The notes under the pieces: generated by a model
What the model was told of the DNA's origin: nothing
The model's database searches: none
What the model saw: only the letters and a program-made list of their open reading frames with translations
Source of the DNA: Eledone cirrhosa
Taxonomy: Eukaryota
Direction: 5' to 3'
DNA: 64,000 nucleotides
NCBI GenBank assembly: GCA_964016885.1
Contig: OZ024740.1
Span: forward strand, 441,192,001 to 441,256,000
In this document: one piece after another, positions 27,677 through 40,424 of the stretch
Layout of the letters: each line of letters begins with the position of its first letter
Position numbering within the stretch: the first letter of the stretch is position 1
Program-made: the position numbers and the translations under genes

Positions 27677-28018
27677 TTCAAACTTACTGATTTATTTCCA
27701 AACGCATACAAACACACACTCACTTCAATTAAACAACGTGCGGGAATTCAAACTTACTGATTTATTTCCAAACGCATACAAACACACATTCACTTCAATT
27801 AAACAACGTGCGGGATTTATAACCACAAACATTTGCCATTTGCAACATGTACGTAAAAAAATTCCTTTCTTAAAAATGTCAGTTCATTTTATTTGTTTCA
27901 ATTTACGTTTCTATACACTTTACACAAATATTTTCACATGTACGTAAACAACTTCCTTTCTTACAAATCTCACTTCATTTTCTTTCTTTTAACTCACGTT
28001 TCAATACACTTTACACAC
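27677..28018 (+). repeat. Two short tandem duplications (2x70 bp; 2x~91 bp) in the Helitron 5' non-coding region
   Basis: TTCAAACTTACTGATTTATTTCC... at 27677 and 27747; ACATGTACGTAAA...TACACTTTACAC twice from about 27845. Confidence 0.85.
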
Positions 28019-28160
28019 TCTATCGCTATACTTACCTAAACAATTTCTTTCAACTCCAAATATGTGTTTCTTTTCCTTCCACGGTCAAAATTTTTCCACA
28101 TTTCATTCACATTACAATTTCTATCTTTAAGTAACTTTCACCCTTTATTTTTCACATAAA

Positions 28161-31100
28161 ATGCCACCGAAAAAGAGAAGTCGCCTCGGCCGCCATACGG
28201 CAGCAGCAGCCGCGCAAAAGGCGATTACCGCAAACGAGTCCTCCGAAAAAAAGAATTTCAGACTGTCACAGAGCGCCTTACGTTCAGCGGAATCACGAGC
28301 TGCTGAAACTTTCCAACAGCGCAACGCACGCCGAGCAAAAAAGGCTTCATACAATGCTGCTTACAGGGCTTCAGAGCGTCCGGAAACAAGGTCGAATCGT
28401 ATGGCTAGAAAGGCTGCTGCTACTGCTGATTCAAGGGCTTCAGAGGGCCACTCGACTGGCTAAAAACGCTGCGGTTACTGCTGCTTCAAGATTTTCGGAA
28501 CGTTTCGAACTACCGACCACTCACCTTCATAGGAACGAGGTGGCTTTCACTGCTTCCATGCCTTCTCAAGATGCAGACGGCCGGTCCATTACCATTGCAA
28601 ACGTCGCTTCTGCTACAGATGCGACATCTTCCCACGACCCAGACCAACAACGTTCTACATTCCAGCGGAACAGTCGACGGCGCGAACTACCCGCGGTCTG
28701 ACGAGTCCACACAGCCCTTACTGGCATCTACGGGCTTTCAAGTATGAGCCCAACTTCAATTACTCAATGCGCGCCGACATAAATATTGGGGAAATGTGCT
28801 TCAATTGCAAATTCTGCAACGCTAAAAGGTGGGCTGGGGAACCACCTGCAATGTGCTGCTTAAACGGTAAGGTCAGCTTGCCCCCTCTTCGGGAGCTGCC
28901 AGACACTTTGAAGGAATTACTTACTGGTTCGACCTCAAGGTCATCAAAATTCCTTCAACTCATCAGGAAGTACAATTGTGCATTTCAGATTACTTCTTTT
29001 GGGGCTAACGTTGTCAGAGAAACTGGTTGGATGCCTACTTTCAAGGTCCAGGGCCAGGTGTACCACCTTATTGGGTCACTCCAGCCACTACAAAATTCCA
29101 AACCTTCGTTCCTTCAAATTTACTTCATTTCAAACTACAATACGCAAATTGATGTGCGTTTCGGCGTTATTCCACCACCTGCAAACACTGACGCTGACAA
29201 CTTTGACAGGGACGTGCTGCTCAGTCTGCAAAACATGCTTCATGAGCACAACAGCTACATTCGCAGTTTCAAATACGCCTTGGAAACATCCCCTTCACCA
29301 AACTTCACCATTGTCATCTATGCTGGCAAAAGACCTTCTGGGGAGCACGCACGCCGATATAACGCTCCTTCGTGCAATGAAGTGGCCATAGTTCTCCATG
29401 GTGGACAGCACAATAAGCGAGACATAGTTCTTCAAAGCCGCGACAAGGTCTTCAACGTATTAATGAGACGCATCGTTCATATGACGCCCTGCAGTATCCC
29501 CTTCTTTTTCCGTACGGAGAAGACGGGTACCATTTCGGCATTCCTCACCACAAACCAAACGAGCCCACTGCTGCGACATCTAAAACTGTTTCATGTATGG
29601 TTTTCTACTCATACCGCTTCATGACAAGGCCTAATGATTTTAGCCCCCTGCACAGCTCACGGGAACTGTTTCACCAGTTTGCAGTTGACATGGCTGCAAA
29701 GATGAAGTCCGAGAGACTGTGCTTCATCAAATTGAATCAGAAGCAGCTGCGCTCAGACTCCTACATCCATTTGCGTGACGGCATCAGGAATGACACTGAC
29801 ACCCGCAACATCGGCAAGATGTGCATTCTCCCCTCAACCTATACGGGGGGCCCACGGTACATGCACGAGCGATCACAAGACGCTATGACTTACGTTCGGC
29901 ATTATGGGCGACCCGATTTATTCATCACCTTTACATGTAACCCGAAGTGGGTTGAGGTAACGCGAGAACTTCTCCCAGGGCAGCAGTACTGCCATCGCCA
30001 TGATATTATTGCAAGGGTTTTCAGGCAGAAGCTCGCTAAGCTCATTGATTTAATTTTAAAAAGGGCAGGTTTTGGGGCCTGTTAAGTGCCACATGTATAC
30101 TGTTGAGTGGCAGAAAAGAGGGTTGCCACACGCGCACATTTTGCTTTGGTTAGTCAACAAAATAGACCCGACAGTTCTTGATGACATCATCGCAGCAGAA
30201 ATCCCGGACCCAACTGTTGACCGGCAGCTGTACGACATTGTGAAGGCACACATGGTGCACGGTCCGTGCGGTCCCGGTTTTCAAGAGTTCTCCTCATGCC
30301 ACAAAGACCATGTGTGCACTAAACGATACCCAAAGAGGTTCGTGGAGGAGACCCAGACCGGCCGCGACGGATACCCACTGTACAGACGAAGGCACCCTGA
30401 CAATGGTGGATTCACTATGACGTCACGGGGTCATCAAGTGGATAATTGGTGGGTAGTCCCGTACTGTCCATTTCTGATGAAAACTTTTAACGCTCACATA
30501 AATGTGGAGTTCTGTCATTCAGTAAAGTCTATAAAGTATATATGTAAATATGTTAACAAGGGTTCTGACGCTGCCATGTTCAGCCTTCAAAAGCACAATA
30601 GCATGGACGAGGTGTCGGAGTACTTGGCAGGTCGATACATAAGCAGTGGTGAAGCTTTTTGGCGGATATTCGGATTTCCGCTTCACCAAAGGCACCCCGC
30701 CATCATACAACTAGCGGTTCATTTGGAAAATGGCCAGCGAGCTTACTTTACTGAACAGACTGCTGCTCAATTAGAGGCAAATCCAAAACAAACAACTTTG
30801 ACCGGTTTCTTTAGGCTTTGCCAAATTGACACATTTGCCAAAACACTTTTATACCCTCAGCTCCCGTCCTACTACGTGTGGTCAAACAACAATTGGGTGC
30901 GTAGGAAGTCGGGTCAGGATGTTGAAGAACATCCTGGTGTCAAGTTTAACAGTTGTCTAGGAAGAGTGTACACTATACCTCCAAACCAACATGAGTGTTT
31001 TCACCTGCGCCTTCTACTCCATGAGGTTTTAGGCCCACAAAGTTTTCAAGACATCAGAACTGTTGACGGTGAATTATGTGATACTTTCCGCGAAGCCTGC

Positions 31101-32869
31101 TTTCGGCGTGGACTTTTGGAGGACGATTCACAATGGGGCGCCACTATGGCGGAGGGTGTTTCGTTAAAATCTCCTAAAAAAATCAGATCGCTTTTCGCTA
31201 TTCTACTCCTATCGTGTGACTTGGCTGATCCCGCCTCTTTATGGCTTACCTACAAAGATTATATGTCTGAAGATTTCCTGCGTCACGCTCAATGGCTACA
31301 TCCATCAATGGAGGTCGGGTACAGTGACCTCATTTACAACAGGGCGCTGCTTGAAATCGAAGATACTGTACTTGATATGGGCGGTAGTGCCTTGGCGGTA
31401 TATGGCCTACCTTCAACAAACCGGGAACGCACAAACACTCTGTCTTCAGATTTGCTGCGTGAGACATGTTTTAATGTTGACGAGCTTGCACAGTACATAG
31501 CCGAGAATGAGACAAAGCTACTTCCAGAACAGAAGTTCGCTTACAAACTCCGTTGTTAATTCAGTCCGGGCCAAAGCTGGGATGATTTTTTTCCTGGACG
31601 CTCCTGGGGGCACTGGGAAAACTTTTGTCAACAAATTAATATTGACTGAGATTAGGCGAACACAAGGCATTGCCCTAGCTGTGAGATCATCTGGAATTAA
31701 GCTAATTTGTTGCGAAGCGGCAGGACAGCTCACTCCACTTTCAAGCTCCCGCTTGACTTAGCGAAGACTGAGACACCAACTTGCAACATCAGTAACAGCT
31801 CCGATCAGGCAGAAGTCTTCAGACGATGCAAACTTATCGTTTGGGATGAATGCACGATGGCCCACAGAGGTGCTCTTCAGGCACTAAATAGATCTCTCAG
31901 AGACATCAAACACTCTACAGCTCCCATGGGAGGCATAACACTTCTTCTTTCAGGGGACTTCCGGCAAACACTTCCCGTTATTCCCAAAGGGATTAGAGCT
32001 GATGCAGTAAGTGCGTGTCTTAAGTCATCCACATTGTGGCCACTGGTGAACACTCTCAAACTTAACACTAACATGCGTGCTCATATGCGACGTGATATCA
32101 CATCAGCAGCATTTTCTCACACCCTCCTTGCACTTGGCGAAGGCAAAATAACCGGGGATGAAAATGGTAATATTTCCATCGATTCCATTTGTACCATTGT
32201 TAATACGCCTTCTGATCTCACAGATGCAGTGTTCCCAGATCTACAAGCTAATTATCAGAATATGGATTGGATTGGCCAAAGGGCTATTCTGGCCCCGAGG
32301 AATAAAACTGTTCACCATATTAATGATCAAATGCTAAACCTCATTCCTGGGGATGGCAATGTATATAAGTCTATCGATACAACTCCTGACCCAGAGGACG
32401 TCATCAACTATCCAATAGAGGTACTCAATTCCTTTGAGCCCCCCGGACTACCACCACACATTCTCAAACTTAAAGTTGGTGCCCCTATAATGCTCATTAG
32501 AAATTTGGTTCCCCCGAAACAATGCAATGGCACACGTTTGATCGTTAAGTCCTTATCTCCCAATCTGATTGAGGCCACGATTATCACAGGGTGCGGTCGA
32601 GGCAACGTTGGATGCATCTTTTCCCATCAGGAGCAGATCTACCTTTCACATTTCGGAGGTCCCAGTTCCCAGTAAGGCCATGTTTCGTTATGTCAATTAA
32701 CAAAGCGCAGGGTCAAGCACTGTCTGTGGCGGGAATACATTTGGGGGAGCCATGTTTCTCTCATGGTCAGCTTTACGCTGGCTGCTCGCGTGTTGGCAGC
32801 AACAGTGATGCTTTCGCGTTCGTTCCACAACGAAAAACGAAAAACATTGTGTACAGGGAGGTTTTATAG
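28161..32869 (+). pseudogene. Helitron Rep/PIF1-family helicase (RepHel), broken by several frameshifts
   Basis: Zn-binding CKFCNAKRW...MCC; Rep motifs DLFITFTCNP, VEWQKRGLPHAHIL (HUH), KYICKYVNKG; SF1/PIF1 motifs FLDAPGGTGKTF, IVWDECTM, LSGDFRQTLP, QFPV...SINKAQGQ, FSHGQLY, spread over consecutive ORF pieces. Confidence 0.95.
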
Positions 32870-33802
32870 GATTACTACGCTTCATCATTTTGGAACAACA
32901 CGTTAGTATTTCACTTACATACGACTCTCTTTTATGATGGCATTTACATTTTTAGGCGTTTCCTGAAATTACTTTACACTTAACCAACACCTTCCTCCGC
33001 TCACCTCTATTTCCATCCATTCGTCATCAAACCAGCAGCCTCATCTTCTATATCCAACGTACATGAGACATCTACCTCTACATCTACACTCTCACAATTA
33101 AAGTTTACATCAGCGACAACACGATCGCAACATACACTTTCAAAACTAAGCAACAGATCATTTTATACAACAACAAATTTACTCATAACGCCGATCAATG
33201 AAAACATCTCTACCACAGACGTGTTGTGATTCATCTATTCAGCACCACTACAGTCTTGCCGGTCTGACATATGGAGAGTAGATGCTATTGTTCTAGATTT
33301 TATAAATTATCCGTATTTACTTACCCATACTTAATTACCCTCTTGCCTACATAGGGCATCGATTCTCTTTTAACACACCATGAAGTTTTGTAACAGCACA
33401 TCCGCTGCCGTTCGTGGAAAACCAAGAGTCCCTATTCACCTGCGAACGTTTTATACCCCCTTCCACGACTATCAAATTCTTACAATTATGAGAACAATAA
33501 CATGGCCCTTTTTAAGGCAACCTCATATTCAATTCTTACACCATTCTACGAGGGGGGAGGAACCCCTTTACAGGCCTTTCTATACACTTACAAATATATT
33601 TATTCGGCGTAAACTTATATCAATCTTTGCCTGAATAATCATAATTCAGTGCAATCATTAACAGTACTTTCAAGCAATTCAGCCCCGAGCAATGCTGGGC
33701 ACTTCTGCTAGTTCATTATAAAAATTAAATGATAGCGTTCTATATGTAGGTAGGCCTGCTTCATGTCCTGAAAATCAATATTTTTAGACCCATTCCACCA
33801 CT

Positions 33803-33848
33803 GTATGTATGTATGTATGTATGTATGTATGTATGTATGTATGTATGT
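33803..33848 (+). repeat. (TATG)n microsatellite; further tracts at about 36940-37028, 39894-39993, 40245-40425, 46953-47055, and (CATA)n at 54997-55110
   Basis: Direct reading. Confidence 0.95.
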
Positions 33849-33850
33849 TT

Positions 33851-34185
33851 AACTAAGACCAAGGTGATGTACACCCTAGCACCAGTAGAACCTTACGTGG
33901 TGTTAGATATCTATGTGATTGTGACTAGTTTGGTGGTGGTGGATGTGTTCGTGTATCAGGGTAGTACTCTATCAAAGGTCTGGTGCTCAGATGCAGAAAT
34001 ATATGTTTTAGTAGAGAAGTCAAGTACTTCATTTGGAAAATTAGTGGAAAGGTGTGTTTCCAGTTTTGTTGTATGGTTGATAATCATGGACCACACAAGA
34101 TACTTGAAAGGTTCCACCAAAAGTACATTGGTCGGATCTTTGATATTAACTGGAGAACCATGACACCTGATACTGAAGTTTTAAA
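33851..34185 (+). pseudogene. Decayed RTE-clade LINE fragment (post-RT region); duplicated at 37736-38070 and partly at 41140-41200
   Basis: Translates to KTKVMY..P..PY, FVYQGSTLS, KSSTSFGKL, LERFHQKYIGRIFDINWRTMTPDTEVL, matching the BovB/RTE C-terminal region. Confidence 0.75.
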
Positions 34186-34214
34186 GTTTACTTTAAAGAT
34201 AGCTGAACATGACT

Positions 34215-34294
34215 GTTGTGGTGGCCGAGTGGTTAAGGCGTTGGGCTCGAAATCCCATGAGCAATACCCGCGTCGGTTCAAATCCTGCCGCTGC
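34215..34294 (+). pseudogene. tRNA-Ser(CGA)-derived pseudogene
   Basis: GTTGTGGTGGCCGAGTGGTTAAGGCGTTGGGCTCGAAATCCCATG...GGTTCAAATCCTGCCGCTGC followed by TTTTT; several stem mismatches. Confidence 0.8.
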
Positions 34295-34860
34295 TTTTTC
34301 TTTGTATTACTTTTATATATATTTTAATTATATATTTTGTTTTATATTCTACAGTTTCTCATCATCTTGACAATTAACCTTCCACCTACCCAATACATAT
34401 AAAACCTTAATTCTTATTAATTCTCTTCTACAGTTTTCTCTTAGTTTCATGTCTTCCATTTTACATAATTCTACCGACTTCCATTTTCTACTCTCCACAA
34501 TGTGGAAGTTGTTTGACAGAGTTGTTTGAGCACCGGATTAAAATATCTAGATATTTGGTCCGGCCCACTTCCCTCTGAGATACAATTTACCTTTCATCAC
34601 TTTACCTTTCATCTCTTCTTGGTTGATAAATAAAGTATTAGTCCACTACTGTGGTCGATTATTTCCTTCCCTTTCGTTCCCTCGTTCTCCTCTCTTTCTC
34701 TCTCTCTTTCACACCAGAAAGAAATCGATAGTAAAACCTTCTCTCTCTGTCCATCTGTCTACGTCAGTAAAAGTGGGAGATGACAGAGTACCATATGTGA
34801 CCACCACTGAAGAGAAATAATAGAGAATGGAGGTAGAATGGAGGTAGAATGGAGGTAGCA

Positions 34861-36544
34861 TGTACAATCATCAGGTAACGAACTATGTGACATTTGGTGC
34901 CACCAGAAAAGATGGTGTAATGGTATTATCTTACTCTTATTATTCATTAACAAATAACTGTTCTCCTTAGTAGAGCTCTTAATTTCTTCCTGAAATGTCT
35001 GCCAGAGATCTAGAAATTCCAATATTCTGTTATACACATCTCACTAAGTAGAATGGTAAGATCAATGTCGTCTGATTATAGTTTTGAGATGTGAGAAATC
35101 TAAAAATCAGAACACCAATTCTTCGATGGTACTACTGTGATGAGGTAATGACGCTGAATGGATAACTAGCGGGTATATATAGACACATCAGGAAATCACA
35201 ATTAAATCTAGTGTATCACGTGATACGTCATATGCTGCAAATATCACAACGAGATCTAACAACGAGAAAGATAAAATGGAGAATATAAAAACAAAATGGA
35301 AGACGGGATAAATGTGTGAAATTGAAGAAATGAAAAAAATATATATCTGTAGTAGATAATAGAATTAATTAGCATAATATTATGTTCTATATAACTTGGT
35401 AAGATGGATGTTTAATTATAAACGTTAGAGAAACTGTAGAAGATGAGAAAAACAACATTCTATATCTGAGTTGGAAAGTTGATATTTCATTCGTAGAAAA
35501 AAAATAAAACTTACGTCGCTGCTGGCAGGATTCGAACCTGCGCGGGTAACACCCATTGGATTTCAAGTCCAACGCCTTAACCACTCGGCCACCACAGCAG
35601 GCTTAGAATACCCGTCTTTCAATTGATCTTTTAAAATTATCAGCAGTTTTTCATTTTTTTGTTTAGAAAGAGAGAAATGTAAATAGCTAGATTGTTATAT
35701 GATGTTTTATGTCAGTAAGTAGTGGCGGACTGGCCTGGTTGCCAGGTTGCCCAATGGTAGCATTGCAAGAGCCCACAGTATCATTGCAGGGCCCACTATA
35801 GTATTTTAGGAGCCAATGCTTTGCTTTAAAAAAATACCTGAAATGTAAGATAAAGAATAAGGTTTTAAAACAATAAATAAAACAATTAAGGAAAGCATTT
35901 GGTCAACCAAATTCCCCAGGGTATTACTGGAAACCAAATATACCATAGTGCAAGTAGCTGGAATCAAGGTTTGTACATTCTACTAAATCTAAAGCTTAGT
36001 GTATTCATTCATGCAGGCAAACATACATATATAGACACACACAGACAAGCATATGTATATATATATTTATATACTTAGACACGAAATACTAACCAAATAA
36101 TATTTGGTATCAATGGGTTAAAGACATCTGTCAAATCAATTAGTGATGATAGAAGGGGGGAAATCAGGTGGAACAGAAATGAAACATGGATTACAGCTTA
36201 AAATATAGTCTAGATAGATGAGAAACAAAACGAGGATGTAGTTTTTGGAACACCCAAATGATTTAGAAGTCGACCTTAAGTAGAAGCAATAACATTAAAA
36301 AGACATGAACGAAACCACAACACTTCGGTTTGAACATTTTAAAAGTAGGTTTATCAGTATGAATTTTCGTAAGATATTCGTAGTTGTCTCTGTGGCCTAG
36401 CGGTATGTACTAGAGACGTTGGACATCCTGGACTTGGGTTCTATCCTGGTCATGAGTTACATGTATTCTTTTTTTCAGTTTTTATTTTACAACCCATAGA
36501 AGAAAAAAATGAAAAGGTTTTCGGAGAACGCTACTCCCACCCAG
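34861..36544. repeat. Single diverged paralog of the 1.68-kb array unit, with non-repeated native flanks
   Basis: Begins TGTACAATCATCAGG after GGAGGTAGCA. Continues past the unit end into the same flank as 27001-27308 joined to 33712-33800. Confidence 0.93.
35517..35598 (-). tRNA. tRNA-Ser(UGA), paralog copy with one acceptor-stem mismatch
   Basis: As 739-820 but the 3' end reads CCAGCAGCG (G6-A mismatch). Confidence 0.85.
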
Positions 36545-36604
36545 GATTGAACTTCAGACCCAGAACACCATCGTCTATGATTCATTTAACTATGCCACTG
36601 AGAC
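36386..36604. pseudogene. Convergent pair of degenerate tRNA-like elements (36386-36457 +, 36533-36604 -)
   Basis: Both 72 nt, gap-free alignment, A-box- and B-box-like motifs. Confidence 0.65.
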
Positions 36605-37027
36605 AGCTAAAAAAGTATAATGAAAATTGATAATTATAATCCTACTTTCAAAATCAAAGTTAAAAAGATGTGGTGTGGTTCATGGCTTTCCTAGAGTTAT
36701 TAGTAATATTTAGGATCGACTTCTGGTCATTACTGAAAGTCTTTTGATTTCGCAAAATACATATCTTTTATTGGAGAAGGTGAGATATTTTTCCACACAA
36801 ATTTGATTGCACTGTTTCCGCTTATCTATTTTTCGAAAATATTAATTATTCATTATAAAAATTAAATGATAGCGTTCTATATGTAGGTAGGCCCGCTTCA
36901 TGTCCTGACAATCAATATTTTTAGACCCATTCCACCATTGTATGTATGTATGTATGTATGTATGTATGTATGTATGTATGTATGTATGTATGTATGTATG
37001 TATGTATGTATGTATGTATGTATGTAT

Positions 37028-37701
37028 GTCAGGTCACCAGTTGGTGCTACTGGTAACATGTATTCCAGTACAACCTGTCTCATGGTCGGGTTGTTGACGA
37101 CTAAACTGGCAACCCCACCAAGTTTTCTTGGTGAGGAAGGTGACTTTGGACATCCTGTCAAAGGGCAAAGGGCAAAGGAGCTCTTAAGAGTCAATGGCCA
37201 TCCTGTCAAAGGGCAAAGGAGCTCTTAAGAGTCAATGGCCATCCTGTCAAAGGGCAAAGGAGCTCTTAAGAGTCAATGGCCACCCAAAATCAACGGGAGA
37301 GATGACCCCTTAGCCTTTGTCAAGGCAGAATTCTAGGAGAAGGAAAACTCTGATATAACACCTGCAACCCTGATGGTATCCAATGATGTTGACTTGTTCT
37401 TCTTTTTGGTAAATATCATCTTGGTTAAGAGAGTGGGACTGGTTTGTGCAGTGCCTTTGCTCACTATAAAAGCTTCACGGCACAGGCATTGCTTTATATC
37501 CGGAGATCTCTCTGCACTTGTCGTCACATGGTACCATGGGCCCAGCACTATGTGTCAATAATTGTCACAAGTGTAGTGTTTGTACCAGAGTTTTCAAGTC
37601 GCTGGCTGGACTAAAAAGTCACACTTGTTCAGCGAATCTGTAGGGTTCTCCTACATGGATATAAAGTAGTGGCCGTACTCGAAAACGAGTTGGCAGCCAC
37701 C
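37028..37701 (+). mobile_element. Non-autonomous RTE-related retroelement, copy 1, within (TATG)n
   Basis: Near-identical to 42070-42677. Contains CTAGGAGAAGGAAAACTCTGA (RTE 5'UTR-like motif) and ends GGCAGCCACC followed by a (TATG)-like tail. Internal 41-bp triplication at 37151-37282. Confidence 0.7.
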
Positions 37702-38099
37702 ATGTATATATGTATGTATGTATGTATGTAAGTTTAACTAAGACCAAGGTGATGTACACCCTAGCACCAGTAGAACCTTACGTGGTGTTAGATATCTATG
37801 TGATTGTGACTAGTTTGGTGGTGGTGGATGTGTTCGTGTATCAGGGTAGTACTCTATCAAGGGTCTGGTGTTCAGATGCATAATTATATGTTTTAGTAGA
37901 GAAGTCAAGTACTTCATTTGGAAAATTAGTGGAAATGTGTGTTTACAGTTTTGTTGTATGGTTGATAATCATGGACCACACAAGATACTTGAAAGGTTCC
38001 ACCAAAAGTACATTGGTCGGATCTTTGATATTAACTGGAGAACCATGACACCTGATACAGAAGTTTTAAAGTTTACTTTAAAGATGGCTGAATGTGACT

Positions 38100-38113
38100 G
38101 CTGTGGTGGCCGA
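38100..38113 (+). pseudogene. 5' stub of tRNA-Ser (GCTGTGGTGGCCGA), truncated by a deletion
   Basis: Same upstream context as 34215. Joined directly to CCATTCCACCACTGTATG, the end of the 3.1-kb block. Confidence 0.7.
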
Positions 38114-38160
38114 TCCATTCCACCACTGTATGCATGTATCTATGTATGTAAGTATGTATG

Positions 38161-39890
38161 TTCTGGTTTTATAATTTCACAAATTTTTGCCAATAGAGAG
38201 AGAGTCGGTTTCTAACATGGAATTTACACATCAACTAGGTAGATATGTATGCATGTGTAGATATGAATCTTATTGTATGTGTGTATGTGTATGTTTTGAG
38301 TTGTATATGTGCATGTGTATATGCTTTGTATCTGTACGTGTGTATATGCAGTTATTAGATCTTTACTGTTCCATTAATGGATTGTACTTGTAATTTCTTA
38401 ACTAGTTTTGTTCTTTCTGTTCCTGTGAAGCCCAGCTTCTCAAGATTTGTATTGAGGCAGTTACTAACATATCCCAGGACTCCAATAATCACAGGCATAA
38501 ATCTGATGGTATAATCAGGGTGGAGTATCTGCAGATTTCTCATCAATTTTGTATAAATATTCTCCTTTTCGCTAATCTTTGATATTATATTGGCATCTGC
38601 TGGGCAGCTAATTTCCACTACTGTGCATGTTTTCTTCTCCCTGTCCCATATCATAATATCTGGTCTGTTATGCCTGCATTTTTTGGACAGCTGCTTATGA
38701 CATGGGTGACATCTTAGATGTTAATTCTGCAGAGTCTGCACTTGTTATCACATCTAGGTGTTTTGCCTGCATCCCTATCTTTTTTGTGCATCAGGTATTT
38801 CGTGTTGATTTCCTGTTCTTGGATTGCACAAGCGTAACCTTCAAAGTGGGAGCCAATATAGCGGTTATTGGTCTAAGATAGAATACTTTCTTTATCTATA
38901 TTACTCTCACTCTGGAGCATCCTGGCAACATATCCATGCATGATTTTTTGCTGATAAGCATGCAATTTTTCATCCACGGATTCACTGCGATACTCCTGAG
39001 CAACTTCCCAGGGTGTTAGTTTTTGATTATCACGCAAGGGAATACCTCTCGAGGAGTTCCTTTACCAACTCTCATGATCTTATCTGTTTCATGCAGATAG
39101 ACTTGCTCGAGAGACGGGCTGCTACGCTTCGAGGTTCGTAGATGTTGTCGGAGTGACGTGATGCGACATTCAAATGCTGTCTGGACTGATGTTAGGCCTC
39201 TGCCTCCCTGCTTACGTTTCAAGTAAAGGCGGTCTATGTCACTGTTGATGTGGAAGTTTCCGGTGTTGTTTAGTATTTTTCGAGTTCTAACATCAATCGC
39301 TCGGATTTCGTCTATCGTCCAATTGAGTATTCCAAACGTTGGTGTTAGGACAGGCATATGTTTGCGGTGCCTGTCCTAACACCAACGTTTGGAATACTCA
39401 CAGCAAACACATTGTTTTGTTTTGCGCAGATAGTTCCGATAACCACATATTTCTTAATCGGGTGTAGTATTCCCTGTCTACAGGTTCTTTATTACAGATA
39501 CCATTATAGGATATGTTCTCATCTTTCCCCAGGTATCTGTAGCAGTCCTCATCTGATATTGGTGAAACAGTTAGACCATTGATGACAATGTTGCTATATT
39601 GGGTTGTTGTTTTTCCCCGCTTTACAGTCATATATGTGCATTTATCTTGGCCAAACTCCATTCCTATATCCTTTGAGAACGTTGTAACCAGGTCAAGATA
39701 TTTCTTCATCCTAACCATGTTCTTGGCATAGAGTTTCAGATCATCCACAAAGAAATTATGGGTTAGATTCGTATTTCTGTCCACCTGTGTGCCAATGATG
39801 TATCCTTCACAAGGGGTTTAATGACAGAATAAATAATATCACAGAGAGACTGTCTCCCTGAAATATACCCCTGCGATATTTTATTTTATC
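38161..39890 (-). mobile_element. 5'-truncated, rearranged R4/Dong-like RLE non-LTR retrotransposon
   Basis: RT fragments RGIFQGDSLS and FVDDLKLY, GGRGL, CRLC zinc knuckle, RPDIMIWD..VVEISCP RLE; flanked on both sides by TATG repeats. Confidence 0.88.
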
Positions 39891-39892
39891 AG

Positions 39893-39924
<32 letters not shown>

Positions 39925-39942
39925 TGTATGTATGTATGTATG

Positions 39943-39973
<31 letters not shown>

Positions 39974-39993
39974 GTATGTATATATGTATGTAT

Positions 39994-40240
39994 GTTCTTC
40001 TGGTTTTATAATTTCACAATTTTTTGCCAATAGAGAGAGTCGGTTTCTAACATAGACACAAGACTCTCTCATTGGGATTTACACAACATCAACTAGGTAG
40101 ATATGTATGCATGTCTGCACGCATGCATGTGTAAATATGGATGTTATTGTATGTGGATATGGATGTTTAGAGTTGTATATGTGCATGTGCATATGCTTTG
40201 TATCTGTACATGTGCATATGCAGTTATTAGATTTAAGAAT
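39994..40240 (-). mobile_element. 3'-end-only fragment of the same RLE family, within (TATG)n
   Basis: Matches the 3' region at 38161-38358. Confidence 0.75.
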
Positions 40241-40424
40241 GTACGTATGTATGTATATATGTATGCATGTATGTATATATGTATGTATGCATGCATGTAT
40301 GTATGCATGTATGTATGTATGTATGTATGTATGCATGTATGTATGTATGTATGTATGTATGTATGTATGTATGTATGTATGCATGTATGTATATATGTAT
40401 GTATGTATGTATGTATATATGTAT

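Larger units (their letters stand above)
27309..33711 (+). mobile_element. Full-length Helitron (rolling-circle DNA transposon), 6.4 kb
   Basis: 5' TC after host A (27308); 3' hairpin GCCCCGAGCAATGCTGGGC (33682-33700) then CTAG (33708-33711) before host T; no TSD. The empty site ATTA|TTCATTATAAAA is present in the paralog at 36848|36849. Encodes Rep-helicase. Confidence 0.96.

Noticed and set aside
1-33711. Array as cargo captured inside the Helitron
   Set aside because: The Helitron 5' TC end is fixed at 27309 by the empty site in the paralog, so the array lies outside it, and the units lack Helitron ends.
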